NCBI GenBank assembly: GCA_002269645.1
Contig: NIVC01003084.1
Coordinates: forward strand, 56,759-120,758
Origin: Macrostomum lignano
Taxonomy: Eukaryota
Direction of reading: 5' to 3'
DNA length: 64,000 bases
The position numbers were made by a program, and so were the translations under genes. How positions within the stretch are numbered: position 1 is the first letter of the stretch; each line of letters begins with the position of its first letter. Positions 47,193 through 58,300 of this stretch are shown in pieces. The notes under the pieces are model-generated. The model saw only the letters and a program-made list of their open reading frames with translations. It ran no database searches and was not told the DNA's origin.

Positions 47193-50100
47193 ATGACTAA
47201 GCTCCACGCTGCCAAAGGAGCGACATTCTGTCTGCAAATTAATTTACAGCATTGCGTATCTGCGTCAGTAAATCTGATGATGCTGAGCTGTACAGGCCAG
47301 GCCTCATCCTGATCCAGGAACCCTGGATGCGCAACGGTAAGTTGCCCAACATTCCCTCTGGCTACTCTGATTTTTATGTGTGTGGCCCGGGGAACAGCCG
47401 CCCTAGAGCGGCTATCCTCGCTGCTAGCCATCTCCAGGCTTGGCTGAGGACTGATCTCTCTGATGGAGACCTTTGCGTCATCCAATCTAATCATTTCTCT
47501 CCGCGTACGTGTCTTGTTGCCTCGGTTTATATCCCAGGCGACAGAGACCCTGCTCCTGAGAGTTTACTGCGCCTCGCGCAGTACTGCGAGTCCCAGAACG
47601 CTGAGCTGTGCTTAGGGGGCGACCTCAACGCGCACCACAAGCACTGGGGCAGCAAAGATACCAACACTAGAGGAGAGGAGCTTCTGGCCCTCATCTCTAA
47701 CACAAACCTCATGCTCTGCAACCGCGGCAGCACTCCTACCTTTAATAATGGCAGATGGACCGAGGTCCTCGACGCCACACTCGTTACCCCAAGACTCTTT
47801 GACAGAGTTGAGGAGTGGAGAGTCTGGTCTGAGGAGCCCTCCCTGTCTGACCACTGCTTTATCGCCTTTAACATCGCGGACACTAAAACCCAGTCTCCGA
47901 TCACTTGGAGACGCAATATCCGCAACACTGATTGGGCGGCCTACAAGGCTGCCCTTGATCTGCACCTGCAGGAACTCACGGACTTACGTCCGATTGAGAC
48001 CTGCGAGGATGTGGATCATATGGCTGAGACGCTGACAGGTTGCATTATTGAAGCCTACGAAGCGGCTTGTCCTGCTCGCGCCTACAAAGGCAAGACCTCG
48101 GCGCCGTGGTGGAACCCGGAGCTGGGGAAACTCAGGCGGAAGGCCAAAAGCCTTCATCGCCGTGCCATGAAGACCGGAAACCCGGAGGACATGGAGCTTT
48201 TCCGGCAAGCCTCCCGCAATTTCAAATCTGAAGTGCGCAAGGCCAAGGAATGTAAGTGGCGCCAATTCTGCAATGAATTGGATCAAGACAGACCTACTTC
48301 TAGGCTTGTCAAGGCCCTTACAATGGACAAAATGTCCAAATTAGCCATGATCAAAAAAGATGATGGCTCTCTTACTAAAGACCCTGAAGAAGTGCTTCAG
48401 CATATGCTTAGCACATTCTTCCCGAGGGTACCTACTGCTAGACCGGAGCCCAACCATTCGATGGATGGAGCCACCCTAGCGGCGGGCATTGTCACTGAAG
48501 ACCTAATCGCTCGTGCGGTCAGAACCTTCAAACCCTTCAAATCTCCTGGACCTGATGGTATCTACCCTGTTCTCCTTCGTGAAGCAGCCAAGATACCCTC
48601 GTTCCTGAGACTCACCCGCAATCTTATGCGGGCCTCTATCCAGCTGGGATACGTTCCCAAATGCTGGACTGAAGCTCGGGTAGTCTTTATTCCCAAACCT
48701 GGGAAGGGTGACTACCAAAGCGTCAAGGCCTTCCGGCCTATTAGCTTAACGTCAGCAATGCTTAAGCTCACTGAGAGGCTTATTCTCTGGCGGCTGCTGT
48801 CCTGCGAGCTGACAGCGATGCCCCTCAGCAATAATCAGCACGCCTTCCGTACCGGGAGGTCGACTGACAGCGCCCTGCATGCGATTGTCGAGAAGATTGA
48901 AAGGGCGGTACTGGGTGACGGCTACGCTCTGGCTCTCTTTCTTGACATTGTTGGCGCCTTCGACAACGTTATCTTTGAAGCGTTTCAGAGGGCCCTTCAA
49001 AATCGCAAAGCTCATGCTACCCTCATACGGTGGATCATGTACATGATCTCCAACCGTACGGTCACTGCCCAACTTCTTGGGCAAACTGCCTCCACCAGAG
49101 TCTGTAAGGGTGGACCCCAAGGCGGAGTCCTCACCCCGACGCTCTGGAACCTGGTCATGGACGCTCTTTTGAGTGACTCCCGACCCGACCTCGTCTTCAA
49201 AGTCGGGTATGCTGATGACGTCACGGCCATTGTGGCAGGACCGTCTCCCAGCACGCTCAGGGATCTGATGCAGAGCTTTATCCGCAAAGCAGAATCCTGG
49301 GCCAATGACAATGGTCTGGAACTCTCTGAGCCCAAAACCGTTGCCATTATGTTTACCAGCAGACTACGCTGGAACATACGTCCTCTGCAGCTCTACGGCA
49401 GAGATATTGCCTTCGCGCACCAGACCAGATGTCTCGGGGTCATACTTGACCACCGGCTCAACTGGTCCTCCCACGTGAAAGCAAAAGCCAAGCGTGCCTC
49501 AGCCATCCTGGCCCAGCTCCGACGAGCACTTGGCACTTCTTGGGGTCTATCCCCAAAGCGGCTTTGGTGGATCTATACTTCCGTAGTTAGACCTGCCATT
49601 ACGTACGCCTCTGTTGTCTGGGTTAGCGCTACCCAGGTCAAAAGCCATGCAGACCTGCTCAACACGATCCAAGGCAGAGCGTGTAGGCTCATCTGCAACG
49701 CCACCAGGTCCACGCCCTTTGCTGGCATGGGGGCCTTCCTTAATCTTCCGCCTCTTGACCTCTTCATCAGGGGTGAGGCGGCTAGAACGACGCGGCGTCT
49801 AATTGATGCCGGCGTCAAATTCATTTACATGAGAGCACCTGCTAAGCGGAACCTTGTCCCGCATAGCGATCTGTGCCTCAACTTTCTCAACGAGTGTCAG
49901 GCCAATCGCGTCTTCACCGATGGCATTGCCTCAACGCTCAACCTGAGACAGCGCTACTCCGTAGCTATCGACTCGCGCGATAACATCAATGACCAATGGA
50001 ACCCTGGTGAGCTTCATTGCTACACCGACGGTTCTAAGCAGTCAGCCAACACCGGCTTTGGTGTTGGAATCTTTCTGAACGGGAGGGTCATCGCTACCCA

Positions 50101-50929
50101 CGCTCAATACACTGGGGTCAACTCCAGTGTTTTCCAAAATGAAGTTCTGGCCATCAGCTCCTGCACTGCTGAGCTTCTCGCCACTGGCGTTACTGGTAAG
50201 AACATCATTTTCCATTCGGACAGCCAAGCTGCCTTGCACGCCATCAGTGGCTGCAGCACCAACTCTGCTACAGTCCTCGACTGTATCAAACTCCTCAACG
50301 TGTTGGGTTCCGCCAACAAAATTACCCTTAAGTGGGTTCCGGGGCATGTGGGGATCCGAGGAAATGAGTTGGCTGACACCCTTGCAAAAGTTGGTGCCTC
50401 CGGCTCCTCTCTCGGCCCCGAACCTCTTGTCCCGATTCCTGGCTGTGTCATCGACTCGCGCATCAAAGCGTGGATCAGGACTCAGCACCGCTCGCCTTGG
50501 GCGAACCGCACGAACTGCAGGCAATCCAGAGGCGCTGTCCCTCAGCCCTCTCACCAGCTTCGGAAGCTCCTCTTGCGCCTCTCGCGCAGAGACATCCGGG
50601 CTGCCACCATGACCCTCTCTGGTCACGGCTGCTTCTCCAGGCACCAGTACCTGCAGGGCAACGCCACCAACGCCACCTGTAGTTTCTGCAACTCAGGTGA
50701 CGAAACCGCTGAGCATTTCGTCAGCATCTGTCCCGCCTTCACGCGGGCCAGACTCACTTACCTCGGGCCACACACATCTATTACTGAAGCGTGCAAACCC
50801 GAAAACTTTAATCAGCTCATGCGCTACCTTCGGGCCACCCGCAGGGCTGAACTCTCCTTTCCAGAGAGCACCATAGCTGCTGGCGACACTGGGGGACCTC
50901 CCTGGGCGGCGCCAACCCTCCGTCCATAG
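47193..50929 (+). CDS. LINE ORF2: APE endonuclease, reverse transcriptase, RNase H and CCHC; one frameshift near 47283-47290
   Basis: LQINLQH (ATG 47193 frame), then IQEPW, GDLNAHH, SDH, FRPISL, LDIVGAFD, PQGGVLTP, YADD, RNase H YTDGSK / NEVLAI / SDSQAAL / WVPGH..GNELAD, and CSFC...ETAEHF..IC. Confidence 0.93.
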
Positions 50930-52454
50930 CGACGCGTCGGCCGATTAGGGACTAGCGGAATGGGCGCCCGCGCCTTCCCGCTGTGTCCCCTCCGGGACAG
51001 CCCTGCAGCTAAGTCAAGTAAGTCAAGAGTTCATGAGGGAGATCCTGATTTCAGGAGTGACTGAATGAGTTCATAGGATAGTTCTTTAACTCATATGAGT
51101 TTGAGTGTTAACCCCACTGAGTGACTGAGCGAGTGATTGCATCAAAACAGACTAGCCAAGCAAGTGGAAATATAAAACTAACGGAGTAGAAAGTGTGTAG
51201 GCAATAAAAAAGAGAAGAGAAATTGCCGAGAATCGCGGGGTCAGTACCTGCAGTGCATACATGGATAGCTGCTTGCAAAGAGCGGCCATACGCACTGCCC
51301 CAGCCCACGCAAGTATTGACCGCACTGCCGATTTTTCAAACCCGTCCCACTCTGTACGCAGCTGGTAGCGCTCGGGCTGGCACATTTGGGGGTCTCACCC
51401 AGCCAGTGTGTACACAGCTGGTGTGCAATGCAGTGTACACGCCTGGCTGTACTGTCGCCCACGTATTCACTCAAACAGGCAGTGTGTATAATACGCAGGC
51501 ATGCAGCTAGAATAACCGATGCTAGCCACATGCTGCATGTAGAAATAATCGGCACGCTTGTGAAATCCAATCTTTGCAAAGTCATCTGCGATTTTGAGGA
51601 GATATAAGCGGCGGATTCTGGATTTTTTAGCCTCAGGTGAGTTGGGGACCCTAACCGGAATCAACTAAAAACGTAGCTCGCACATCGCATTTCAAATCTG
51701 TGAAAAAAAGATTAGCTACGCAGCTGTTTCTGGCGTGTGTTGTTGTTTTTGCTTTTTCTCTTGCTAATCCAGTGGTTATCGGTAGCGGGCGCATTGCGTG
51801 ATCCAGTCCCGCGGTCATGTGATAGCCGCATTAATTCTAATCAAAAATGATACAGTGGACCAAAGCAGACTGTTGAGAATACGCACTGAAAGTTTTTTAT
51901 GGTAATTTTTACCAATATTGATGGGCTGCAGAGGGCAGAAACGAGCTGTAACGCCGAGGCGCGTAGCACCGAGGAGTGTTCGCTCGTTTCTGCCCGATGC
52001 GGCCCATCCATATTAGTGTTATAGTTAGCGGGCGTGAAACCGCCTTTCACGGGCCGCTGAGACTTTCTATGGTAAAATCCTATTTACTCCAATGCATTCA
52101 GTCGGTTTCACGGGCCGCTGAAAATGTCTATTGCAAAGTCAGAAGAAAGCGGGGTCAAGGGGGCGCTGAGCCCCCTTGCGGGGGTGTGGGGGCGGAGCCC
52201 CCACATTATCACACCAGCACACAAGATGAAGAAAGAAATAATGAAATCTAAAAAATGTCTATTGCCAAAACTCCTTATTTTGCGAATTGAAAAAAATAGT
52301 AACAGATACTAAGAATTATTAAGCAGCACTAAGCTTTACTTTTAAAATATACAAGCTTCTGCTCGGATTACAGTGGACAGAAGTAAATCATTCGTATTTT
52401 TTTCTGAATCTTTAGAAGGCACCTTTAGCCCGTGGCTTCAACATACACAACAGT

Positions 52455-52790
52455 TCCAGTCTATGGCTTCAATATAGTCACAAACCATTTAGTCTATGGC
52501 CTCAATATAGTCACAAACCATTTAGTCTATGGCTTTACGACGTAATATAGTCACAAACAGTTTAGTCTATGGCTTCGATGTAGTCACAAACTGTTTACTT
52601 TATGGCTTTGATATAGTCACACAGTTTAGTCTATGGCTTCAGTATAGTCACACAGTTTAGTCTATGGCTTCAATATAGTCACACAGTATTCTATGGCTTC
52701 GATATAGTCACACAGTTTAGTCAATGGCTTCGATATAATCACACAGTTTAGTCTATGGCTTCAATATAGTCACACGGTTTAGTTTATGGC
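52455..52790. repeat. Minisatellite of about 31 bp, GTCTATGGCTTCAATATAGTCACACAGTTTA
   Basis: Direct periodicity. Confidence 0.88.
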
Positions 52791-53479
52791 TTATGTATTG
52801 TTAAAATGAGTCTAAAAGACTAATCGAGTGTCGAGTCCAAAAGCAACCGGAAATTCAGTCGATAATCAACTTCCTTCGATTCAAAAGTAGCAGTACTTCT
52901 CCTTTTAGCCTAAAAATCACAAAAAGATAGTATGCTCGGGTATACGATAGAGAAGCGAAGGACTCTTTAGTTCCCTTAATAAATCATAGACATAAAGACT
53001 CCCCGGTATGGGAAGCTCAAAAAATCCCTTGAGAATGTCAAAAAAGCTCGGGACGAGTCGAAGGAGTGCCTCCCTGCCAAAACCTCCTGGGACTGCACAT
53101 ACAGCAAAACCCCCGCCTCTGGGTCAGGCCCCGAGGGGCGGCTCTTCTTCAGTTCATTTCTGACAGAAGCCTGACCTAAAAAAGGACAAAAATACATATT
53201 TTAATGTTTAAAATCGCAAATAGCCCATGTTTCACATCCACATAAACAAAAAATATCTGAATTTATAATGTTCGGGCAGCTTGAAACTGCGCAGAAATAA
53301 ATACATAGCAAATAAGAGTAAATTCCAGAAAATGTAAGCCCTTTTTGGTCGCTAAGCCACTGCTGTCTGATGTAGTCAGCCAAGGATACGCTCGTAGAAC
53401 TCCTTGAGTCAGTCTACGCGCACTGGACCGAGGTTGAAACGCACGACAGCCTTCGTGACTTCGTGACTATTCTAACTAC

Positions 53480-55150
53480 AACACTACTTGACACCTACTG
53501 GCATCGCGGTCAGACCGCAGTACTGACCACGGTTGGCTCGGACGGCCGACCTCGGCTGCGACAGCACAGCATCAGCATAATAGCAGGGACACACAGAGGG
53601 AAGCGCAGCGCACAGCGCCGTTCTGAGCGGAGGCGCCAGAGCAACCGGTGAGGGCGACTCCGTGGCGCAGCCAGACGCCAGTCGCCTCCGGCCTCTGCTA
53701 CCACAAACCTGGATCCGCCGGTTGGCGCCGGGGACCAAGACCCCCAGCTGTACCAGGTGGCCGCCTGAGGCTCTGCAATCTGAACTGCCGGGCCCTAATG
53801 GCCCACTGTTGGTGGTGCTGCTCGGGGACCTAGATGCAGTTACGCGGACATGGATGCGTTGGAGCACCTGCTCGACCGGCTGGACCTGGTGTCCGCTAAC
53901 ACTCAGTTACACAAGCCTCCCTCGCGCCTGGTCACCTTTGCGGGCTGCAAGAGGAGGCGCACAATGCACGCGAGCGGAACACAACGAAGTGGTTAGCGCA
54001 ACTCGATCACGCGCTGGTCCCGACTCGCCGCGTCGTTTACTGCGACACCGTCCAGCTCCAGATTGACAAGCTAGTCAAAGTGGCTCCCATCGCCGGCCTT
54101 GTGGTCAAAACGCTTAAAGACCAAGGTGCTCACCGTGCTGACTGACATCCCCAGTGGACCTGACATGACATGCCGCGGCGCAGACGGGTGGAAGACCCTA
54201 CTCCTTCGGATTCGCCTGGCCGGCCTATCGATCCATCCGGATCGTCCTTCAGTCAGAAGCGCTGGCCAACCGCCAGAGGGCTCGGTTCTGGCAGGCGGTA
54301 GTCGACACCATCCTATTGTACAATGCCGAGACGTGGACGCTGACGGCCATGCTGAAGCGGCAGCTGGACTCGGCGGCTGCTCCGCGAAGCCTTTTGCCCC
54401 CAGCCTCTGCAGGACAGGCTGCTGCTCCAAGCCTCTGCAGGACAGGCTGCTGCCCCAAGCCTCTGCAGGACAGGCTGCTGCCCCAAGCCTCTGCAGGACA
54501 GGCTGCTGCCCCAAGCCTCTGCAGGACAGGCTGCTGCCCCAAGCCTCTGCAGGACAGGCTGCTGCCCCAAGCCTCTGCAGGACAGGCTGCTGCCCCAAGC
54601 CTCTGCAGGACAGGCTGCTGCCCCAAGCCTCTGCAGGACAGGCTGCTGCCCCAAGCCTCTGCAGGACAGGCTGCTGCTCATATTGCAGGGCACATTTAGG
54701 CGGGGCAAGGCCGGCATCCGTCGATACTCTACTCTTCTGGATTGCGTCATTTGTTTTTTCTTCGGGTCGCGGTCATTGTCGCTAGACGTTGCCGATAGGG
54801 CCGGATGCCTAGCACCATACAGCCAGGGGGCGCGGCTGAGCAACCCCACGCGGGCGGACAGCAGACGACGGAGTCCAATTTGCGGCCTGCGGCGAGTGAC
54901 CGAGTCCCGGAGCGCAGGGCTCCTCCGCAGGCGCCTTACGCTGTAAAAACCGCCGCCCGCCGCCAACCCAACGGTGAAGTCCTCAAACTGAGGTGGAAGA
55001 CAGAACTCGACAGGCTGCATATCCGAATGGGAGACCAATTAGTCACCCCGTCACCGGCAGGGTGGCACAGTGCTTTTGCCTCGCTGACGGGGCGTCCAGG
55101 TGCGCGACGTGGACGCTGGTCTCATGCCCCCGCGTCATGAGCCTCGGCGT
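53480..55150 (+). mobile_element. Heavily deleted RTE-like retrotransposon fragments
   Basis: Endonuclease remnant LVVLLGDLDA; FAWPAYRSIRIVLQSEAL...LLYNAETWTLT and LLLILQGTFRRG are homologous to the copy at 42.1-42.6 kb. Confidence 0.65.
54396..54676. repeat. 28-bp minisatellite GCCCCAAGCCTCTGCAGGACAGGCTGCT, about 10 copies
   Basis: Period 28 (28-aa period in the ORF track). Confidence 0.95.
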
Positions 55151-55350
55151 TATGCGTATCAAAGTTTCAGCCCTGTACAACCTTTTCCATATTAGTACAT
55201 GTATATTGAAGTCCGCTGTGTCCATGAAAACTATAAGTGGCGAATGAGTTCTGATCACATAAAAATGATGTGCTGCAGTTCTTTCTCTATGCTAATCGGC
55301 TGTCATTTTTTTAAACAGGAAGTTCGAACGACACCAAGAAGCTTCGCGGC

Positions 55351-58300
55351 ATGCTGCCAGCCGCGCTGATGTCAACAGCCGCGGTCCAGCGCAAGGTTAG
55401 AAAATGCTTGGTTTGCTTGCACCCAGATGGCCACGCAGGGATGAGTCTCGCTTCTTAGAAAATAATTGACTGGCTGGATTTGCGCGAGAAGATAAATCAG
55501 CTGGAATCTTTAATTAACTTTGTAATAATTAAAAAGTCCATTCCATTTTTCATATCACGTACGAGCTGTTTTAGGTATATTAGTCAATATTTTTCAGTGA
55601 CTTGGAATGTTTTACAATGAAATCTTTAGTAATCAATTTCAGTTATTTTATCAAAAGTGACAATAATTAGAAAAAGCCGACACTACTGCAATGACACACA
55701 TACATTTACACAGCAAGTCTTGGTAAAGGAAAGATTTGAAAATATTATGGAGCTGTGTCATTTTCAGTATTGTACGAAACTTTCAAAAATGAGATCGAGG
55801 CTCAATACATAGGTTCATAAAAATTTTCGAAGCTTTGAAACAGGTCATTCATTAATTGAATAATTTGTCTTCGCTCTGTTGCGGATACTTTTAAGCCTAG
55901 TTGATTTTTTTCTCCAGAAAATAAAAAAGTTCCTATCTCAGTCGATTCACTTAAGTCGTTCTTGGTTGCACCACTTTTGGTTGTGTGACTTTTCACTCAA
56001 CTTTTCACTCACCCTGCCAGGCTGCTCACAGATTTCCCTAGTATCGGTCACGCGTCTGGTGACAGCCCTCCTCCTGCTGCACCTGCGGGCTCCGCTTGGC
56101 GACTGCCGGCTGCTGCACGTCGGCCTGGTGTTCCGCCACGGGCACCGGTCGCCGATCCACCCGCTGCCAAACGACACCTACACAGTGGCCAACACTTGGC
56201 GCGACGGGCTGGGCCAGCTCACTAATATTGGCAAGCGGAACCAGTTCGAATTGGGCAAATTTATTCGCAAGCGGTACGGCGAGTTTCTCGGATCCAGGTG
56301 AGCTGGCGTTGATTGAAAGGTGCAACAATGTGTTTAGTCCGAGGTTCGATTGACAAGTTCATTTATATATATTAGTTGGGTTCTCCAAATATGAGAATAC
56401 ATGCACAATGGACGCAATAGAAAAAATACGTATACACTGGGAAGAATTTTAAACGCAGCTCTCTACCTAGAAGCAAACGCAACTCATCCAGAAAGTGCAC
56501 ACCTGTCTATGGTTCAGATCGAGCTTCAGAAACGCGTGTAGCCTCCTCTCGCAAGTAACAGGTCGTTGACTCGACGCGGAATTTCCAGAACAAAGCGTCG
56601 AACGCAATCCTGGGGAATTTCCTGACACTTTTCGCAGCATTCCACAGTTCAACGGCTGTCTACGGGGGATTCTACGCTCCGTTCCACACGCAGCACGCAC
56701 CATTTTCAGCAGGCGTTGATCTGGCCTCGCCTGTAAACTGCAAAGTTGGTGAAGCGTGAGTCACGCTTCCAGTGGCTCTGCTCTTCTGTTGAAGACGTAA
56801 AACTGTTGAAGGTGACATGTGACCTTCGAAGTGGTTAACAACTGTCATCTGTTGAACTTTTCTCTCTGCAGGATCACTCTATCTAAATAACCGTGGCGTT
56901 TAATTTAGTCTAACAAGCATAAATTTTGTCCATAGCGGCTCTATAAATTCACCAGTAGATTTTCTTTTAGACATGACTGTCACAAGCAGTGAGGGGGCCG
57001 TAGCCCAGTGGTCTAGCGCAGGCTCTGGTGTGCCAGCGGCCCAGGCTCGATTCCAAGTGCAGTCACATTAATTTGGGGCTGAATTGGAATCTCGGCTTGG
57101 CTCTGCTCGTGCAATTAACGGCCTTGAGAGCCAACCCCCAAGGCGCAGTGAAGTGTACATGCCTAACGATAAATAAAGTTAGGGCCGCTGTACACTCCTG
57201 TGTGAGTGTGTGCCTGCGTACGTATCGCGCGCTTGTGTGCCTGCTCAGGGGAGTCGGCAGAATTGGCAGTAATGCCTCTCGCCGGTTGTGTGCCTATGTC
57301 GCTTAAAGTGCGCCAGGGTGCACACAACCCCCCTGCCTCTAATAAAAAAGTCACAAGCAGTGAGGACGAAAGCAGTGCATATCTGCAGTTGCTGTGAAGT
57401 AGTAATATCAGCCTAGAATTGTGGACCATATGCTAGACTGTCGAAAGAACGCAAAGGGCTTGTCATGGAAGCTTAATTTTGACCATGCTACGCTCCTAAA
57501 ATAATATTTTTGCACTTTTGACGTCACCTTGCTTAAACAAGACAGAAAAGGATTTTTAATCGCGAGTACGCGTCAATATTTTCGTCCTTGTTTTGTGAGG
57601 CTGTTTTTCTCGCTAAAATTTATGGGTTTAAGAGGTTTATCAGCAACAATTTTCATTTCGAAAATTTCGCCTTGCAAGTAGCCCCTGTAATTAGCTGATG
57701 CTCAAAGCTGCAATTTCCAGCTGGAGAAGGGTGTACAGCGCTAAACGATTGATTTTCAACAGTCTTAGTGAGGCAAATTTGAAGAACAAGACAGTTGCTG
57801 GGCTGATTGTCTGCTTTTACTTAGCATTTTGGAAAGCGTCCACTCGCTTCATCAACCGTTCAACCTGTTTTGAGAACTCTGGTTTAATACTGATAATTGC
57901 AACGGCTAATTTGACGATTTTTTTCCGTTGCACTGCGTCATGGATGCAAAGTTCAAGTTCAAGTTCAAGTTTGTCAAAACATGTTGAACATTTCAACAGG
58001 GCGTTGCCACAGGCGGTCACAATTGGATGCAAAAATGTCAATATCGCAGTAGTGCAGGCTTTCCAAAACAGAAAGTATGAAGGAGGTGCAGAATCTTCGG
58101 CTCTAGCTAATCCTAAGAGCATTTATGCTGATTGTACTTAGCAATGTTCAAGCATTCAAGCAAGATGAAAGTGCTAATAGTATAGCTACATGTATAGGGT
58201 TGAAACAACAGTGAAAGGAACAATTAAAATTCAGTGTGTCTTGAAGTGAGAGCAGCGTGGCATGGTGCGCCTCATGGCTTGAGGCTGACATCCGGGGCGC

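Larger units (their letters stand above)
45698..51026 (+). mobile_element. Near-full-length non-LTR retrotransposon, LOA/R1-I group with RNase H
   Basis: 13-bp TSD GAGTTCATGAGGG at 45685-45697 and 51027-51039; ORF1-like and ORF2 coding regions; 3' tail (TAAGTCAAG)2. Confidence 0.93.

Noticed and set aside
47527-50682. Numerous antisense and alternate-frame ORFs within LINE ORF2
   Set aside because: Expected shadows of a long GC-rich ORF.
52976-53383. Minus-strand ORFs with an acceptor-like site
   Set aside because: No family motif and no partner exons found.
56993-57065. Functional tRNA genes at the A/B-box sites
   Set aside because: No coherent cloverleaf or acceptor stem; the boxes run into a shared SINE body.
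57698-58141. Overlapping ORFs of 147 and 101 aa in the phosphatase intron, possibly a transposase relic
   Set aside because: No diagnostic motif recognised.
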